Positions 40,680 through 51,115 of a stretch of DNA of 64,000 nt are shown in pieces. Source of the DNA: Candidatus Daviesbacteria bacterium (lineage in GTDB: Bacteria; Patescibacteriota; Microgenomatia; Daviesbacterales; UBA10151); the NCBI GenBank assembly GCA_016187025.1, contig JACPKM010000001.1, forward strand, positions 448,055 through 512,054, given 5' to 3'. The notes below the pieces were generated by a model. The model did no database searches and was not told the origin of the DNA. It worked only from the letters and a program-made list of their open reading frames with translations. The position numbers and the translations under genes are program-made. The stretch's first letter is position 1. Each line of letters opens with the position of its first letter.

Positions 40680-42205
40680 ATACAAAAATAGTTTTAGTAC
40701 TAATTTTGTCTCTATTTTTAGTAACGCGGTTTTATAGAATAGCCGAGGTTCCAACATCTTTATACTGGGATGAAGCATCAATTGGCTACAATGCTTATTC
40801 TATTTTAACAACAGGCAAAGATGAATGGGGACAAGTATTACCAGTGCATTTTAGGGCATTCGGTGAATATAAACTACCTATCTATATATACACTGATGTA
40901 GCATTTGTAAAGCTATTTGGATTGAATGAATTGGCCGTTAGGTTACCTTCTGTTTTGTATACTTTTTTTTCAGTAATTTTAATCTATCTCTTAACTTTTC
41001 AGCTTACTGGTAGAAAACTAGCCAGTGTCTTGAGTGCATTTTTGTTTAGTATTTCTCCTTGGATGTTTATTTTTAGTAGGACAGGTTACGAGGCAGTAGC
41101 AGGATTGACGTTTTATTTACTAGGTATTTATTTATACCTCAGGAGTAAGAGTGCTACGTTTTTTATTTTATCTGGGTTAGCTTTTGCAATGAGTCTTTTT
41201 AGCTATAATAGTTTTCGAATTATTATTCCTTTAACAATTTTAGTTTTGTTGGTAAAGGATTTTAAAAAATCAAACATAAGAGATTTTATTAAAACTAGAT
41301 TATTGTTAGTGCCGGTACTTATAGCAGTCTACGTTCCCATATTAAGGTTTTACACCATAGGTGATGGTCTAGTAAGATTTCGATCTGTTGGTATATTTGA
41401 AGAAGGGATCAGTCTAGCAAGTTTTAAACTTTTTTTCCTAAATTATTTATCCCACTTTAATCCTGTCTTTTTGTTTTTGCAAGGAGACGGTAATTTGCGG
41501 AGTCAACAGTTCGGCTTTGGCCAATTATTTCCAGTGGACCTTCCATTTATCCTCGTGGGAATTTGGTATATATTAAAATCCAATATAAGAAACTATTTTT
41601 TAATTATTGCTTTGCTTGCTATTGCACCGATACCAGCAAGTCTTACTAAAGAATCCCCTCATGCTTTAAGGTCGATTGCAATGTCACCTTTTTTATCAAT
41701 TTTTTCTGCAATCGGAATCTATTACTTAGTAACAATAGTTAAAAAGTTTAGGAAAGTATTTTTAGCATTGGTAGTTTTAATAAACCTAGCTTTTTTTGGT
41801 ATTTATTTTTATTCTTTTTTACAAATTTATCCAACAAAGTCAGCAAATGATTGGCAGTATCCTTATAAAAAACTTTTTGTTGAAAAATCTGAAGAATTTA
41901 AAAAGTATAATGATGTTTATATATCAAATTATCTTGCGCAACCCTATATTTTTTATCTCTTTTATACAAAATATAACGCTGAAAAGTTTTTAAAAACATC
42001 AGAGAGAAATATTCCGCAAGAGTGGGGTTTTTCATCAGTAAGCAAAATAGATAATTTGCACTTTGTAAATTTAAAGATGGTTGAGACTTTCTCTGACAAA
42101 AGCTTGATAGTTGCTCCTATTAGTAGCAATGTGCAAGCAAAAAAGATCAATACCGCTGATACAAAGAATAATGAATACAATTTGAATTTATATATAAATG
42201 AATAA
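40676..42205 (+). CDS. ArnT/PMT_2-like GT-C glycosyltransferase
   Basis: WDEASIGYNAYSIL.TGKDEWG, FGEYKLP, SRTGYE, GDGNLR, ESPHALR. Confidence 0.85.
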   Translation: MNTKIVLVLILSLFLVTRFYRIAEVPTSLYWDEASIGYNAYSILTTGKDEWGQVLPVHFRAFGEYKLPIYIYTDVAFVKLFGLNELAVRLPSVLYTFFSVILIYLLTFQLTGRKLASVLSAFLFSISPWMFIFSRTGYEAVAGLTFYLLGIYLYLRSKSATFFILSGLAFAMSLFSYNSFRIIIPLTILVLLVKDFKKSNIRDFIKTRLLLVPVLIAVYVPILRFYTIGDGLVRFRSVGIFEEGISLASFKLFFLNYLSHFNPVFLFLQGDGNLRSQQFGFGQLFPVDLPFILVGIWYILKSNIRNYFLIIALLAIAPIPASLTKESPHALRSIAMSPFLSIFSAIGIYYLVTIVKKFRKVFLALVVLINLAFFGIYFYSFLQIYPTKSANDWQYPYKKLFVEKSEEFKKYNDVYISNYLAQPYIFYLFYTKYNAEKFLKTSERNIPQEWGFSSVSKIDNLHFVNLKMVETFSDKSLIVAPISSNVQAKKINTADTKNNEYNLNLYINE

Positions 42206-43790
42206 AAAGATAATCTTTATTTTAGGTTTAATTATTGTACTAGCTCTTTTTGTTAGGGTATATAAACTTGGTTCAGTTCCTCCATCACTGACTTGGGATG
42301 AAGCAGATGTGGGTTATAACGCTTGGACAATTGCAAATTACGGAAAAGATGAATGGGGGGAAGCTTTTCCCTTAATATTTAGATCTTTTGGTGATGATAA
42401 GCAGCCTGTTCATATTTATTCAACCGCTCTCAGTGTAAAACTGTTTGGATTATCAGAATTTAGCACCCGGTTGCCAATGGCAATCTACGGGGCTTTAAAT
42501 GTTTTGCTTGTATTTTTGCTGGTTTTGGTAATGTTTAAAAATAAGACTTTGGCTTTTCTTTCAAGCTTTTTACTGGCAATATCTCCATATAATATTCATT
42601 TTTCTCGTTTTAATCATGAGGCGAACGCAACCTTACTTTTCTTTTTACTAGGAATGTTGCTATTTTATCTGTCTTTTGAAAAGAGAAAAGGGTTTTTGGT
42701 ATTTTCTGCCTTAAGTTTTGGAATAAGTATTATTTCCTATCATTCAGCAAAACTAGTTGTACCCCCAATGATTTTAGCATTGGCCGTATTTTATTATAAA
42801 AAGCTTTTAAGTAATAAGATCTATTTTGTAACCGCTTCTTTGATATTTGCCTTTTTTATAATCCTGTTTTTACTGGAGCCAAGATTTATGGGATTATCAA
42901 GGGCAAGCCAGACATCATTAGGTTCAGAGGCTATAAAACAAACATCCATTTATAACAAAACCGGTAATATGTTTTTAGGAAAGTTGGAGATTATTAGTCA
43001 AAATTATCTCAAGAACTTATCTTGGGAATTTCTGTTTACCAAAGGAGATCCAAATCCTCGATTATCGTCTCAGGTTAGTGGACAATTTTATAAAATAGAT
43101 TCACTTTTTTTATTGCTGGGATTAATCTATATTTTTATCAAGAGAAGTAGATCCGGATTTATATTAGTTTTATGGGCAATTCTAGCACCTATTCCAGCTA
43201 GCATCACTTCAGAATCTCCTCACGCAGCCAGAGCACTATTTATGATGGGGAGTGTAAATATAATTTCAGCTTTAGGAATAAATTTTGCTATTTCGCAAAT
43301 TAAATTAAAGAAGATAAGATACAGTCTCCTTGTTTTTGTTTTACTGATATATTTTGCAAGTTTTGGACAATTTATTTATAACTATTTTAATAACTTTGCG
43401 AGAAACTATGCGATAGACTATCAGTATGGTATGAAGCAGGTTGTTGAATATGCTAAGGAAAATCCAAACTACTCACATGTATTTACGACAAAACTAAGGG
43501 GACAACCCTACATTTTCTATTTATATTATCTAAAGTATCCGTTACCTGATTATTTAAATAATGTGGTTTACAATAGAGGGGAAAGCAGCAGTTTTAACAT
43601 GGTTGATTATTTTGATAAGTATTATTTCGATAACTGGGACCCTATAGAAAGTAGACCTGATGCAAATGTATTGTATATATTAACTTCCAGTGAGTATGAT
43701 GGTTTAAGATATAAGAATCTATTTGATGTTAAGAGGGTAATCTATAATCCGAATGAGACGATAGCTTTTTATTTGGTAAGTGCAAACTAA
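42198..43790 (+). CDS. ArnT/PMT_2-like GT-C glycosyltransferase
   Basis: PPSLTWDEADVGYNA, GKDEWG, FGDDKQP, SRFNHE, GDPNPR, ESPHAAR. Confidence 0.85.
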   Translation: MNKKIIFILGLIIVLALFVRVYKLGSVPPSLTWDEADVGYNAWTIANYGKDEWGEAFPLIFRSFGDDKQPVHIYSTALSVKLFGLSEFSTRLPMAIYGALNVLLVFLLVLVMFKNKTLAFLSSFLLAISPYNIHFSRFNHEANATLLFFLLGMLLFYLSFEKRKGFLVFSALSFGISIISYHSAKLVVPPMILALAVFYYKKLLSNKIYFVTASLIFAFFIILFLLEPRFMGLSRASQTSLGSEAIKQTSIYNKTGNMFLGKLEIISQNYLKNLSWEFLFTKGDPNPRLSSQVSGQFYKIDSLFLLLGLIYIFIKRSRSGFILVLWAILAPIPASITSESPHAARALFMMGSVNIISALGINFAISQIKLKKIRYSLLVFVLLIYFASFGQFIYNYFNNFARNYAIDYQYGMKQVVEYAKENPNYSHVFTTKLRGQPYIFYLYYLKYPLPDYLNNVVYNRGESSSFNMVDYFDKYYFDNWDPIESRPDANVLYILTSSEYDGLRYKNLFDVKRVIYNPNETIAFYLVSAN

Positions 43791-43794
43791 TTTT

Positions 43795-44562
43795 ATGAAA
43801 ATATCGGTATGTTTGGCAGTTTTCAATGAGGAAAATAACCTTTATGAATGTCTAAAATCCGTTGAGAGTTTGGCGGATGAAATTGTAATAGTTGATGGTG
43901 GATCTAGCGATAAAACTGTAAATATTGCAAATGAGTTTAGGGCTAAAGTTATAAAAACAGACAATCCAGCAAATTTTCATATTAATAAAAATAAAGCAAT
44001 TGATGCTGCGATAGGAGATTGGGTTTTACAGCTTGATGCGGATGAAAGAGTTCCTGCTGAATTAAAAGAGGAAATTCAAAAGGGGATAGAAGATAATCAA
44101 TATAACGGATACTGGATACCCAGACAAAACTTTTTCTTAGGAAGATTTCTAAAAAAGGGAGGACAATACCCAGATTATACTTTAAGACTTTATAAAAAAG
44201 GTAAAGGAAGATTGCCGGCAAAGGATGTTCATGAGCAGGCTAAAGTTGAGGGAGAGATAGGATACTTACATTCTCCCCTTTTACATTATCGAGACCGGAA
44301 TTTTTCTCACTACATTGATGGACTTGATAGGTATACCAGCTTTATTGCAAGACAGCTATATGAACAGAAATTAACTATAAATACGATTTCTTTTATAGAC
44401 TACTTTTTTATTAAACCTTTTTTCTGGTTTATTAAAACCTACTTTAGACATAAAGGCTTTACGGACGGCTTCCCAGGGTTTATTTTTTCTCTGTTTTCTT
44501 CACTAAGGTATCCAATTGCATATATAAAGTTCTACCTCGCCCGCACTAAAGAGAAATTATGA
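43795..44562 (+). CDS. GT2 glycosyltransferase (KdtX/WaaE-like)
   Basis: NEE, VDGGS.D.T, LDADER, YPD..LRL, VHE, GF.DG.PG. Confidence 0.88.
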   Translation: MKISVCLAVFNEENNLYECLKSVESLADEIVIVDGGSSDKTVNIANEFRAKVIKTDNPANFHINKNKAIDAAIGDWVLQLDADERVPAELKEEIQKGIEDNQYNGYWIPRQNFFLGRFLKKGGQYPDYTLRLYKKGKGRLPAKDVHEQAKVEGEIGYLHSPLLHYRDRNFSHYIDGLDRYTSFIARQLYEQKLTINTISFIDYFFIKPFFWFIKTYFRHKGFTDGFPGFIFSLFSSLRYPIAYIKFYLARTKEKL

Positions 44563-44622
44563 GATGCTTGCCCGTAGAACTTTGCCTTTTTCTAAAGAAA
44601 AATGTAAAACTGTGGAGGAAAA

Positions 44623-45696
44623 ATGATCAAAGTAGCAATTAATATAAAACCACTTGAATCAGGACACAAAACTAGGGGGATTGGTTACTATATAACTCAC
44701 TTATTAAATGAATTAGAGAAGAAAGATGATGTAAAAGTTATTCAGTTCAGAGAAGAAAAAGAATTAGCTGATATAGATGTTGTTCATTATCCCTGGTTTG
44801 ACTTTTTCTTCAGAAGTCTGCCTATTAAAAGTAAGTTTCCGAGAGTTATTACAGTACACGATGTTATTCCCTTGGTTTTTTATAAAAACTATCCTTCCGG
44901 TATAAAGGGAAAAATTAACTTAGTTGTGCAAAAAATTGCACTTAACAATAGCTCCCTTGTAATCACAGATTCTGAAGCCTCCAAAAAAGATATCAAAAAT
45001 TATTTAGGAATAAATGAAAATAAGATAGATGTAGTTTATCTTGCTCCTGACAAAACATTTAAAATTTTAAAACAAACAGAAACTTTAAGATTAAAAATGA
45101 AGTATCATCTGCCGGATGAATTTGTTTTATATGTGGGCGATGCAAACTATATAAAAAATTTACCATTTTTACTTAAAGGGTTTATAAAATTGAAAGCTAA
45201 AAATGAGCACAGAAACCTGAAACTAGTTTTAATAGGACAGGTATTTTTGAAAAAAGCAGAATATATTAATCATCCTGAGCTACAAAGTTTAAAAGAAGTG
45301 CTTACTCTTATAGAGGACCAAAGATTAGAGTCAGAAGTTATCAGGCCTGGCTTCATATCAGATGAGGAGCTGACTGCATTCTATAATCTTGCTACTGTTT
45401 ATGTACAACCTTCATTATATGAAGGCTTTGGTCTTCCCATCCTTCAGGCTTTTGCTTGTGGGACACCTGTTGTAAGCTCTGATGCGGGAAGTTTAACAGA
45501 GGTAGGTGGAAATGCAGCTGTTTATTTCTCACCAAATAATTTAGAACAGTTTGTAAAGATTTTAGAAGACGTCTTAATTAGCAGTTCGCTTCGGAAAAAG
45601 ATTTCTGATTTAGGAAAAAAACAATTAGAAAAGTTTTCTTGGAAAAAAATAGCTGACCAAACGATTAACTCATATGAGAAAGCTATTAAAAAGTAA
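44623..45696 (+). CDS. GT4 glycosyltransferase (MtfB/WbpY-like)
   Basis: RGIG.Y, TVHDVIP, DSEASK, YVG...KN, PSLYEGFGLP..QAFACGTP; GGAGG RBS upstream. Confidence 0.9.
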   Translation: MIKVAINIKPLESGHKTRGIGYYITHLLNELEKKDDVKVIQFREEKELADIDVVHYPWFDFFFRSLPIKSKFPRVITVHDVIPLVFYKNYPSGIKGKINLVVQKIALNNSSLVITDSEASKKDIKNYLGINENKIDVVYLAPDKTFKILKQTETLRLKMKYHLPDEFVLYVGDANYIKNLPFLLKGFIKLKAKNEHRNLKLVLIGQVFLKKAEYINHPELQSLKEVLTLIEDQRLESEVIRPGFISDEELTAFYNLATVYVQPSLYEGFGLPILQAFACGTPVVSSDAGSLTEVGGNAAVYFSPNNLEQFVKILEDVLISSSLRKKISDLGKKQLEKFSWKKIADQTINSYEKAIKK

Positions 45697-46831
45697 CACT
45701 TTAAACATCCTTTTTCTCTTTTTGGTGTGGCGGATATTACTTATTATATTTTTCCTAATCGGAGTAAGTTTTATTCCGTTGGCCTACACCGATAGATTCT
45801 TAGGTGGTGGACCAATCTATCATTTTATATACCCGGAACTTTTTTCTTGGGCTAATTTTGATGGTGAGCATTACCTTTCTATTGCAATTTTTGGTTATAA
45901 AAGTTTGCAGCAGGCATTTTTCCCGATGTATCCGTTACTGATTTACGTAATCTCCAAGCCTTTCTATGCTGACTTGCTAACTTCCTTAACCTCCGCTACT
46001 ATTACGGGACTATTAATATCAAATCTGTCACTTGCCTTATCACTCTTACTACTTTTTAAACTTGTTAATATAGATTATTCAAAAAGGATTGCATATTGGG
46101 TAGTTATTTTGACACTTGTCTTTCCAACTTCATTTTATTTTGGATTAGTTTATAGCGAATCTCTATATCTGCTTTTATCCCTGGGTGCTTTTTATGCTGC
46201 TAGGAAAAACATGTGGTGGTTGGTAGCGGTACTTGGGGGTATCTGTTCTGCAACCAGAATATTTGGACTGCTAATTTTTCCTGCACTGGTAATAGAAGCA
46301 TGGCAGCAAAAAAGCATAAAGAAAAACTTTCTTTTTTTATGTCTTTTACCAGCAGGATTTTTAATATATATGTTTTATCAGTGGATAAGTGTTGGAGATC
46401 CACTGGCGTTTTATAATTTGCAAAAAATTGTGGGTGAACAACATCAATCAGGAATAACTTTACTTCCACAAATTTATTACCGGTATGTGAAAATCTTATT
46501 TTCACTTGATGTGAATAATATAATGTATCAAACTATTGTTTTAGAGCTGTTGACAGGACTGGCATTTTTTATCTTGCCTATATATGGATATGTAAAAGGC
46601 ATCAGGCTTTCCTATATTTTCTATGCGCTAACTGCGTTTATCTTACCCACTATTCAAGGGAGCTTATCATCTCTACCCCGATATGTAATTGTGCTTTTCC
46701 CCAGTTTTCTTGCATTAGCAATATTCTTAAATAAATTCCCTCTTTATATTAAGATCTCTATTTTGGTAATCTTATTTTTATTTCTTAGTTTAGAAACAGC
46801 CCTTTTTTTAAGGGGATATTGGGTAGCATGA
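45674..46831 (+). CDS. PIG-V/Mannosyl_trans2-like GT-C glycosyltransferase
   Basis: WANFDGEHYLSIA..GY, AFFPMYP, FPTSFYF...YSESL, ATR..G, SLPRY...FP. Confidence 0.82.
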   Translation: MRKLLKSNTLNILFLFLVWRILLIIFFLIGVSFIPLAYTDRFLGGGPIYHFIYPELFSWANFDGEHYLSIAIFGYKSLQQAFFPMYPLLIYVISKPFYADLLTSLTSATITGLLISNLSLALSLLLLFKLVNIDYSKRIAYWVVILTLVFPTSFYFGLVYSESLYLLLSLGAFYAARKNMWWLVAVLGGICSATRIFGLLIFPALVIEAWQQKSIKKNFLFLCLLPAGFLIYMFYQWISVGDPLAFYNLQKIVGEQHQSGITLLPQIYYRYVKILFSLDVNNIMYQTIVLELLTGLAFFILPIYGYVKGIRLSYIFYALTAFILPTIQGSLSSLPRYVIVLFPSFLALAIFLNKFPLYIKISILVILFLFLSLETALFLRGYWVA

Positions 46832-48117
46832 TGAAACTATTAAATAGCATTTTTAAATATAGGTTATTTACTGGTAGTGTTTTAATGATTATCGGCAGCA
46901 ACCTAATAAATGGGCTTAACTATATATATCATTTTATTATGGGTAGGATGCTCGGTCCAGCAAGTTACGGTGAGTTGTCCGTATTATTTTCATTGATGGG
47001 TCTTTTAGGAATATTTACATTGTCTTTTGGACTGGTAATAGTAAAGTTTGTATCGGGTGCAAAGTCTGATGAAGAAGTTAAAAAACTAGCAAATTGGATT
47101 AATAAAAAGATAATACTGGTTTCGTTAATATTTGGAGTTTTTATAGTGCTAATATCTCCTTTTTTATCTGAATTTCTCAATATTGGCAATTTAGTACTTT
47201 TCGTTCTCATAGCATTTTATGCAGTCTTTAGTTATCCAGCTTTTTTCAACAGATCCATTCTTCAAGGGCTTTTAAAGTTTAAAGAGATGTTGTTTAGTAT
47301 ATTGGTCGATAATAGTATAAAACTTACTCTGGGAATCTTAATGGTGTATTTAGGATATTCAGTAGGAGGGGCACTATTTGCTTTAGTTGTTGCCAGTATG
47401 ATTGGTTGGTTATCATCAATATATTTTATAAAAGATTATTTAGACGTTAAAACTAGAGGTAATCCGCAACTTAAAGCCATGTTTGTTTACTCCATCCCTG
47501 TTTTTATACAATCTGTCGCAGTAACGTCCTTATACTCATCAGATTTAGTATTAGTTAAACATTTTTTTTCTTCCTATGAATCGGGTTTGTATGCAGCTTT
47601 ATCCACATTCGGAAAGATTATCTTTTTTGCTACAGCTCCCATCTCATCTGTGATGTTTCCTTTGATATCACGGAAGCATTCTAAGGGTGAAGGATATCAT
47701 AAAGTGTTTTTATATAGTTTATTGCTCACCTTAGGTTTATCGATATCGATTTTAGCAGCCTATTTCGTATTTCCCAGGTTAATAATTGAGATGTTATATG
47801 GGCCCAAATTTATTGATGCATCATATTTGTTATTTAAATTTGGGTTGTTTATGACAATTTTTACAACCGCTTCCTTAGTAATTAGCTATTATCTTTCTTT
47901 AGGCAAAAGTAGAATAGTTATTTTTCCACTTTTTGCAGCTGCCGTGCAATTGGTCGGGATTTGGTTATACCATGATAGCCTAGATACTGTTATTAACGTT
48001 TCGATATTAGTTGTTGCTTTACTCTTAATTTGCTTATTTATATACTATGGACATGCATCCAAAATTAATATCAGTTATAGTTCCCGCATACAAGCAGGAA
48101 AATACCATACTTCATGA
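46828..48117 (+). CDS. wzx: Wzx/MOP-family oligosaccharide flippase
   Basis: GRMLGPASYG, LQG, SDLVLVKHFF...SGLYAA....GK, FP, LYGPKF; about 12 TM. Confidence 0.85.
   Translation: MMKLLNSIFKYRLFTGSVLMIIGSNLINGLNYIYHFIMGRMLGPASYGELSVLFSLMGLLGIFTLSFGLVIVKFVSGAKSDEEVKKLANWINKKIILVSLIFGVFIVLISPFLSEFLNIGNLVLFVLIAFYAVFSYPAFFNRSILQGLLKFKEMLFSILVDNSIKLTLGILMVYLGYSVGGALFALVVASMIGWLSSIYFIKDYLDVKTRGNPQLKAMFVYSIPVFIQSVAVTSLYSSDLVLVKHFFSSYESGLYAALSTFGKIIFFATAPISSVMFPLISRKHSKGEGYHKVFLYSLLLTLGLSISILAAYFVFPRLIIEMLYGPKFIDASYLLFKFGLFMTIFTTASLVISYYLSLGKSRIVIFPLFAAAVQLVGIWLYHDSLDTVINVSILVVALLLICLFIYYGHASKINISYSSRIQAGKYHTS
48018..48046 (+). promoter_or_regulatory. Putative internal promoter within the 3' end of wzx (leaderless-type)
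   Basis: TTTACT-17nt-TATACT; in-frame ATG 48053 follows 6 nt later. Confidence 0.45.
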
Positions 48118-48859
48118 CTTGAAAAAGATTAAGTCAGTGTTAGATAGTCTACGATATCCAAATGAGTTGATTTGTGTAGTTGATGGTAAAGTGGATAATA
48201 CCTTTAAAATTGCCCAAAAGTTTGCCAGTCAATACACAAACGTAAAAACAATAGGTTACGAAACAAATAAAGGTAAGGGATATGCTGTAAGGTATGGTAT
48301 GGCAGAAAGCAAGGGTGATGTAGTTGGTTTTATAGATGCAGGAATGGATATAGATCCAAATGGTTTATCAATGCTTCTTGAGCATTTTGAATGGTACAAT
48401 GCCGACATTATCGTTGGTTCAAAAAGACATCCGGTATCCAAAGTAGCCTACCCTTGGCAAAGAAAAATTTTATCTTTTGGCTATCAAATGTTAGTATTTT
48501 TCTTGTTTGGTTTAAAAATTAGGGATACACAAGTAGGTATGAAATTTTTTAGAAGAGATGTGCTAGAAAAAGTTTTACCAAGGCTGCTGGTAAAGACTTA
48601 TGCATTTGATATTGAAATTCTGGGAGTTGCTAATTATTTAGGATTCAAAAAAATTTACGAAGCTCCTATAGAGATTAAATTGGAATTCAGAACAGGATCT
48701 GATCTAACAAGCCGTAAGTTTTTAAGGACAATAACAGCCATGTTAATTGATACCTTAGCAGTTTTTTATAGACTAAGAGTACTTCAATATTACTCAGATA
48801 AAAATCACAGGAAGTGGAGATACGATCCAGAGCTTGATTTTAGGGTAAATGTTGTTTAA
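48053..48859 (+). CDS. Polyprenyl-phosphate sugar synthase-like GT2 (ALG5/DPM-like)
   Basis: PAY, VVDG..D.T, NKGKGYAV..G, IDAG.D, GSKRHP, DTQVG.K, FDIEIL; alternative start 48047. Confidence 0.85.
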   Translation: MHPKLISVIVPAYKQENTILHDLKKIKSVLDSLRYPNELICVVDGKVDNTFKIAQKFASQYTNVKTIGYETNKGKGYAVRYGMAESKGDVVGFIDAGMDIDPNGLSMLLEHFEWYNADIIVGSKRHPVSKVAYPWQRKILSFGYQMLVFFLFGLKIRDTQVGMKFFRRDVLEKVLPRLLVKTYAFDIEILGVANYLGFKKIYEAPIEIKLEFRTGSDLTSRKFLRTITAMLIDTLAVFYRLRVLQYYSDKNHRKWRYDPELDFRVNVV

Positions 48860-48917
48860 TCCTATTAGGATCGTCTACCCACAAGTATTATTTTTTGATT
48901 GAAGGTTATAAAAGATT

Positions 48918-50045
48918 ATGAAGATTGTTATATTTTCCTGGAGAGGACCAGGTCATCCAAATGCAGGTGGAGCTGAACAGGTAACGCTAGAACACGCTAA
49001 GGGATGGGTTAAAAAGGGTTACGATGTAACGCTCTTTACCTCAACTTTCCCAGGAGGAGCCGAAAAAGAGATCATTGAAGGAGTAAAGGTAATTCGTAAA
49101 GGAGATCAAATTGTGGGTGTTAGATTAGCAGCCTGCTTTTGGTATCTGATGGGTGATCATCAAAAGTTCGACATTGTTGTTGATGAATTTCATGGACTTC
49201 CTTTCTTTACACCTCTTTTTGTAAAGACAAAAAAACTTGCCTTTATCCATGAAGTAGCAAAAGAGGTGTGGAGGTTAAACCCATGGCCTAAACCTTTAAA
49301 TCTCATTCCCTCAATTTTAGGGTTATTATTTGAGCCATTTATATTCAAACTTCTTTATGCCAATACTCCATTTATGACCGTCTCAGAATCTACGATGCAC
49401 GATTTAATAGACTGGGGAATTGATCCTAAGAACATTACTGTTATTCATAATGGTTTCAGCGCTAAGGGTATCAGGAAAAGGTACAAAAAAGAATTAATAA
49501 AAACCGTTATTTTCTTAGGGGCATTGAGTCAAGACAAGGGAATTGAAGAAGCAATAGACGTTTTTTCCTATATTTATGATAATCTAGATAAAAAATGGCA
49601 AATGTGGGTAGTTGGAAAAGGCGGAAGCAGTTACCTACATGACTTAATTTTGAAAACACAAAGCTTGGGAGTCAAAAATAAGATCAAATTTTTGGGATAT
49701 GTCGATAATAATAAAAAGTTTGAGTTACTTTCTAGGGCTCACCTTTTGATAAATACTTCAGTCAGAGAAGGGTGGGGCCTTGTTGTTATTGAAGCTGCTG
49801 CTGTTGGTGTTCCTTCGGTGGCATTTAATGTCTCCGGTCTAAAAGATTCTATTATCGATAAAAAGACAGGATTGTTATTTAGCTATGGAGATATTAAAGG
49901 TATGGCAGAGGGAATAGTGCAGTTAGTTAACGATCAAACGAAGTATAAAAAGCTAGCAAAAGAAGCAAAAAATCGTACTAAAGAATTTAATTGGAGCAAA
50001 TCTACTTTACAAAGCGGCCAATTAATAGTTGATCTAGTAGGTTGA
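48918..50045 (+). CDS. GT4 glycosyltransferase
   Basis: HPNAGGAE, TVSEST, NG, KG, REGWGLVVIEAAAVGVP, GL.DS. Confidence 0.9.
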   Translation: MKIVIFSWRGPGHPNAGGAEQVTLEHAKGWVKKGYDVTLFTSTFPGGAEKEIIEGVKVIRKGDQIVGVRLAACFWYLMGDHQKFDIVVDEFHGLPFFTPLFVKTKKLAFIHEVAKEVWRLNPWPKPLNLIPSILGLLFEPFIFKLLYANTPFMTVSESTMHDLIDWGIDPKNITVIHNGFSAKGIRKRYKKELIKTVIFLGALSQDKGIEEAIDVFSYIYDNLDKKWQMWVVGKGGSSYLHDLILKTQSLGVKNKIKFLGYVDNNKKFELLSRAHLLINTSVREGWGLVVIEAAAVGVPSVAFNVSGLKDSIIDKKTGLLFSYGDIKGMAEGIVQLVNDQTKYKKLAKEAKNRTKEFNWSKSTLQSGQLIVDLVG

Positions 50046-50070
50046 AATTTAACTACTAATTCACTAAACT
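50042..50070 (+). promoter_or_regulatory. Putative sigma70 promoter (leaderless-type)
   Basis: TTGAAA-17nt-TAAACT; ATG 50078 follows 7 nt later. Confidence 0.65.
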
Positions 50071-50077
50071 TATTTTT

Positions 50078-51055
50078 ATGCTAAAAAAAGACAGAGTTTT
50101 AGTAACAGGAGCAGGGGGTTTTATTGGCCATCATTTAGTATCTTATCTCAAGAAAAAGGGTTATTGGATAAGGGGAGTTGATATCAAGGAACCGGAATAC
50201 GAGAAGTCCCAGGCAGACGAATTCTTAGTTTTAGATTTAAGAGAAAAAGATAATGCACTCAAGGCTACTAAGGGAGTAGACCACGTATATGCTCTGGCAG
50301 CTGATATGGGAGGTATGGGTTTTATTTCTTCTAATCATGCAACTATTCTTTATAATAATTCGATGATTAATTTAAATACAATTGAAACTGCTAGAACGAA
50401 TGGTGTGAAGAGGTACTTCTATGCTTCTTCAGCTTGTATATACCCAGAATATCGACAAAAGGAAGTAAACTTAACACCTCTGAAAGAAGAAGATGCATAT
50501 CCTGCTCAACCTCAAGATGCCTACGGATGGGAAAAGTTAGTTAGCGAAATTTTAGTTAAGTATTATCATGAAGAACATGGAATAGAGACAAGAGTGGCTC
50601 GTTTTCATAATATTTTTGGTCCTCTAGGAACCTGGGATGGGGGAAGAGAAAAAGCTCCTGCAGCAGTTTGTAGAAAAGTTGCTATAGCTAAATTAACTGG
50701 AAATCATGAAGTGGAAATTTGGGGAGATGGAAAGCAGACAAGATCATTTTGCTATATTGACGATTGCATTGAGGGGATTTACAAATTAATGATGTCAGAC
50801 TTTAGGGAACCTCTAAATATTGGTCAAGATAGAATGGTTACAATAAATCAACTAGTTGATATTATTACAGATATTGCTGGTATAAAAGTAGTAAAAAAAC
50901 ACATTACCGGTCCTCAAGGTGTCAGAGGGAGAAATTCTGATAATACGAGATTAAGAAAAGAGCTGCAATGGGAACCTGAAATTTCTTTAGAAGAGGGATT
51001 AGCCAGGACTTATAAATGGATAGAAGAACAAGTAAAAGCAAAGATTGTATCCTAA
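50078..51055 (+). CDS. GDP-mannose 3',5'-epimerase-like extended SDR
   Basis: GAGGFIG, LAADMGGMGFI.SNH, YASSACIYPE, DAYPAQPQDAYGWEK, RFHNIFGP.GTW.GGREKAPAA.CRK, WGDG.QTRSF, GVRGRNSDN. Confidence 0.88.
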   Translation: MLKKDRVLVTGAGGFIGHHLVSYLKKKGYWIRGVDIKEPEYEKSQADEFLVLDLREKDNALKATKGVDHVYALAADMGGMGFISSNHATILYNNSMINLNTIETARTNGVKRYFYASSACIYPEYRQKEVNLTPLKEEDAYPAQPQDAYGWEKLVSEILVKYYHEEHGIETRVARFHNIFGPLGTWDGGREKAPAAVCRKVAIAKLTGNHEVEIWGDGKQTRSFCYIDDCIEGIYKLMMSDFREPLNIGQDRMVTINQLVDIITDIAGIKVVKKHITGPQGVRGRNSDNTRLRKELQWEPEISLEEGLARTYKWIEEQVKAKIVS

Positions 51056-51079
51056 AGATTTATCATTTTAATAGCCTAA

Positions 51080-51108
51080 TTGATAAAACTTTTATTATTT
51101 GGTATAAA
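51080..51108 (+). promoter_or_regulatory. Putative sigma70 promoter (leaderless-type)
   Basis: TTGATA-17nt-TATAAA with TG extension; ATG 51116 follows 7 nt later. Confidence 0.55.
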
Positions 51109-51115
51109 GTTTCAA

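Noticed and set aside
48859-48871. Inverted repeat ATCCTA-T-TAGGAT after a GT2 stop
   Set aside because: Short, AT-rich, single copy and without a U-tract; cannot be supported as an operator or terminator.
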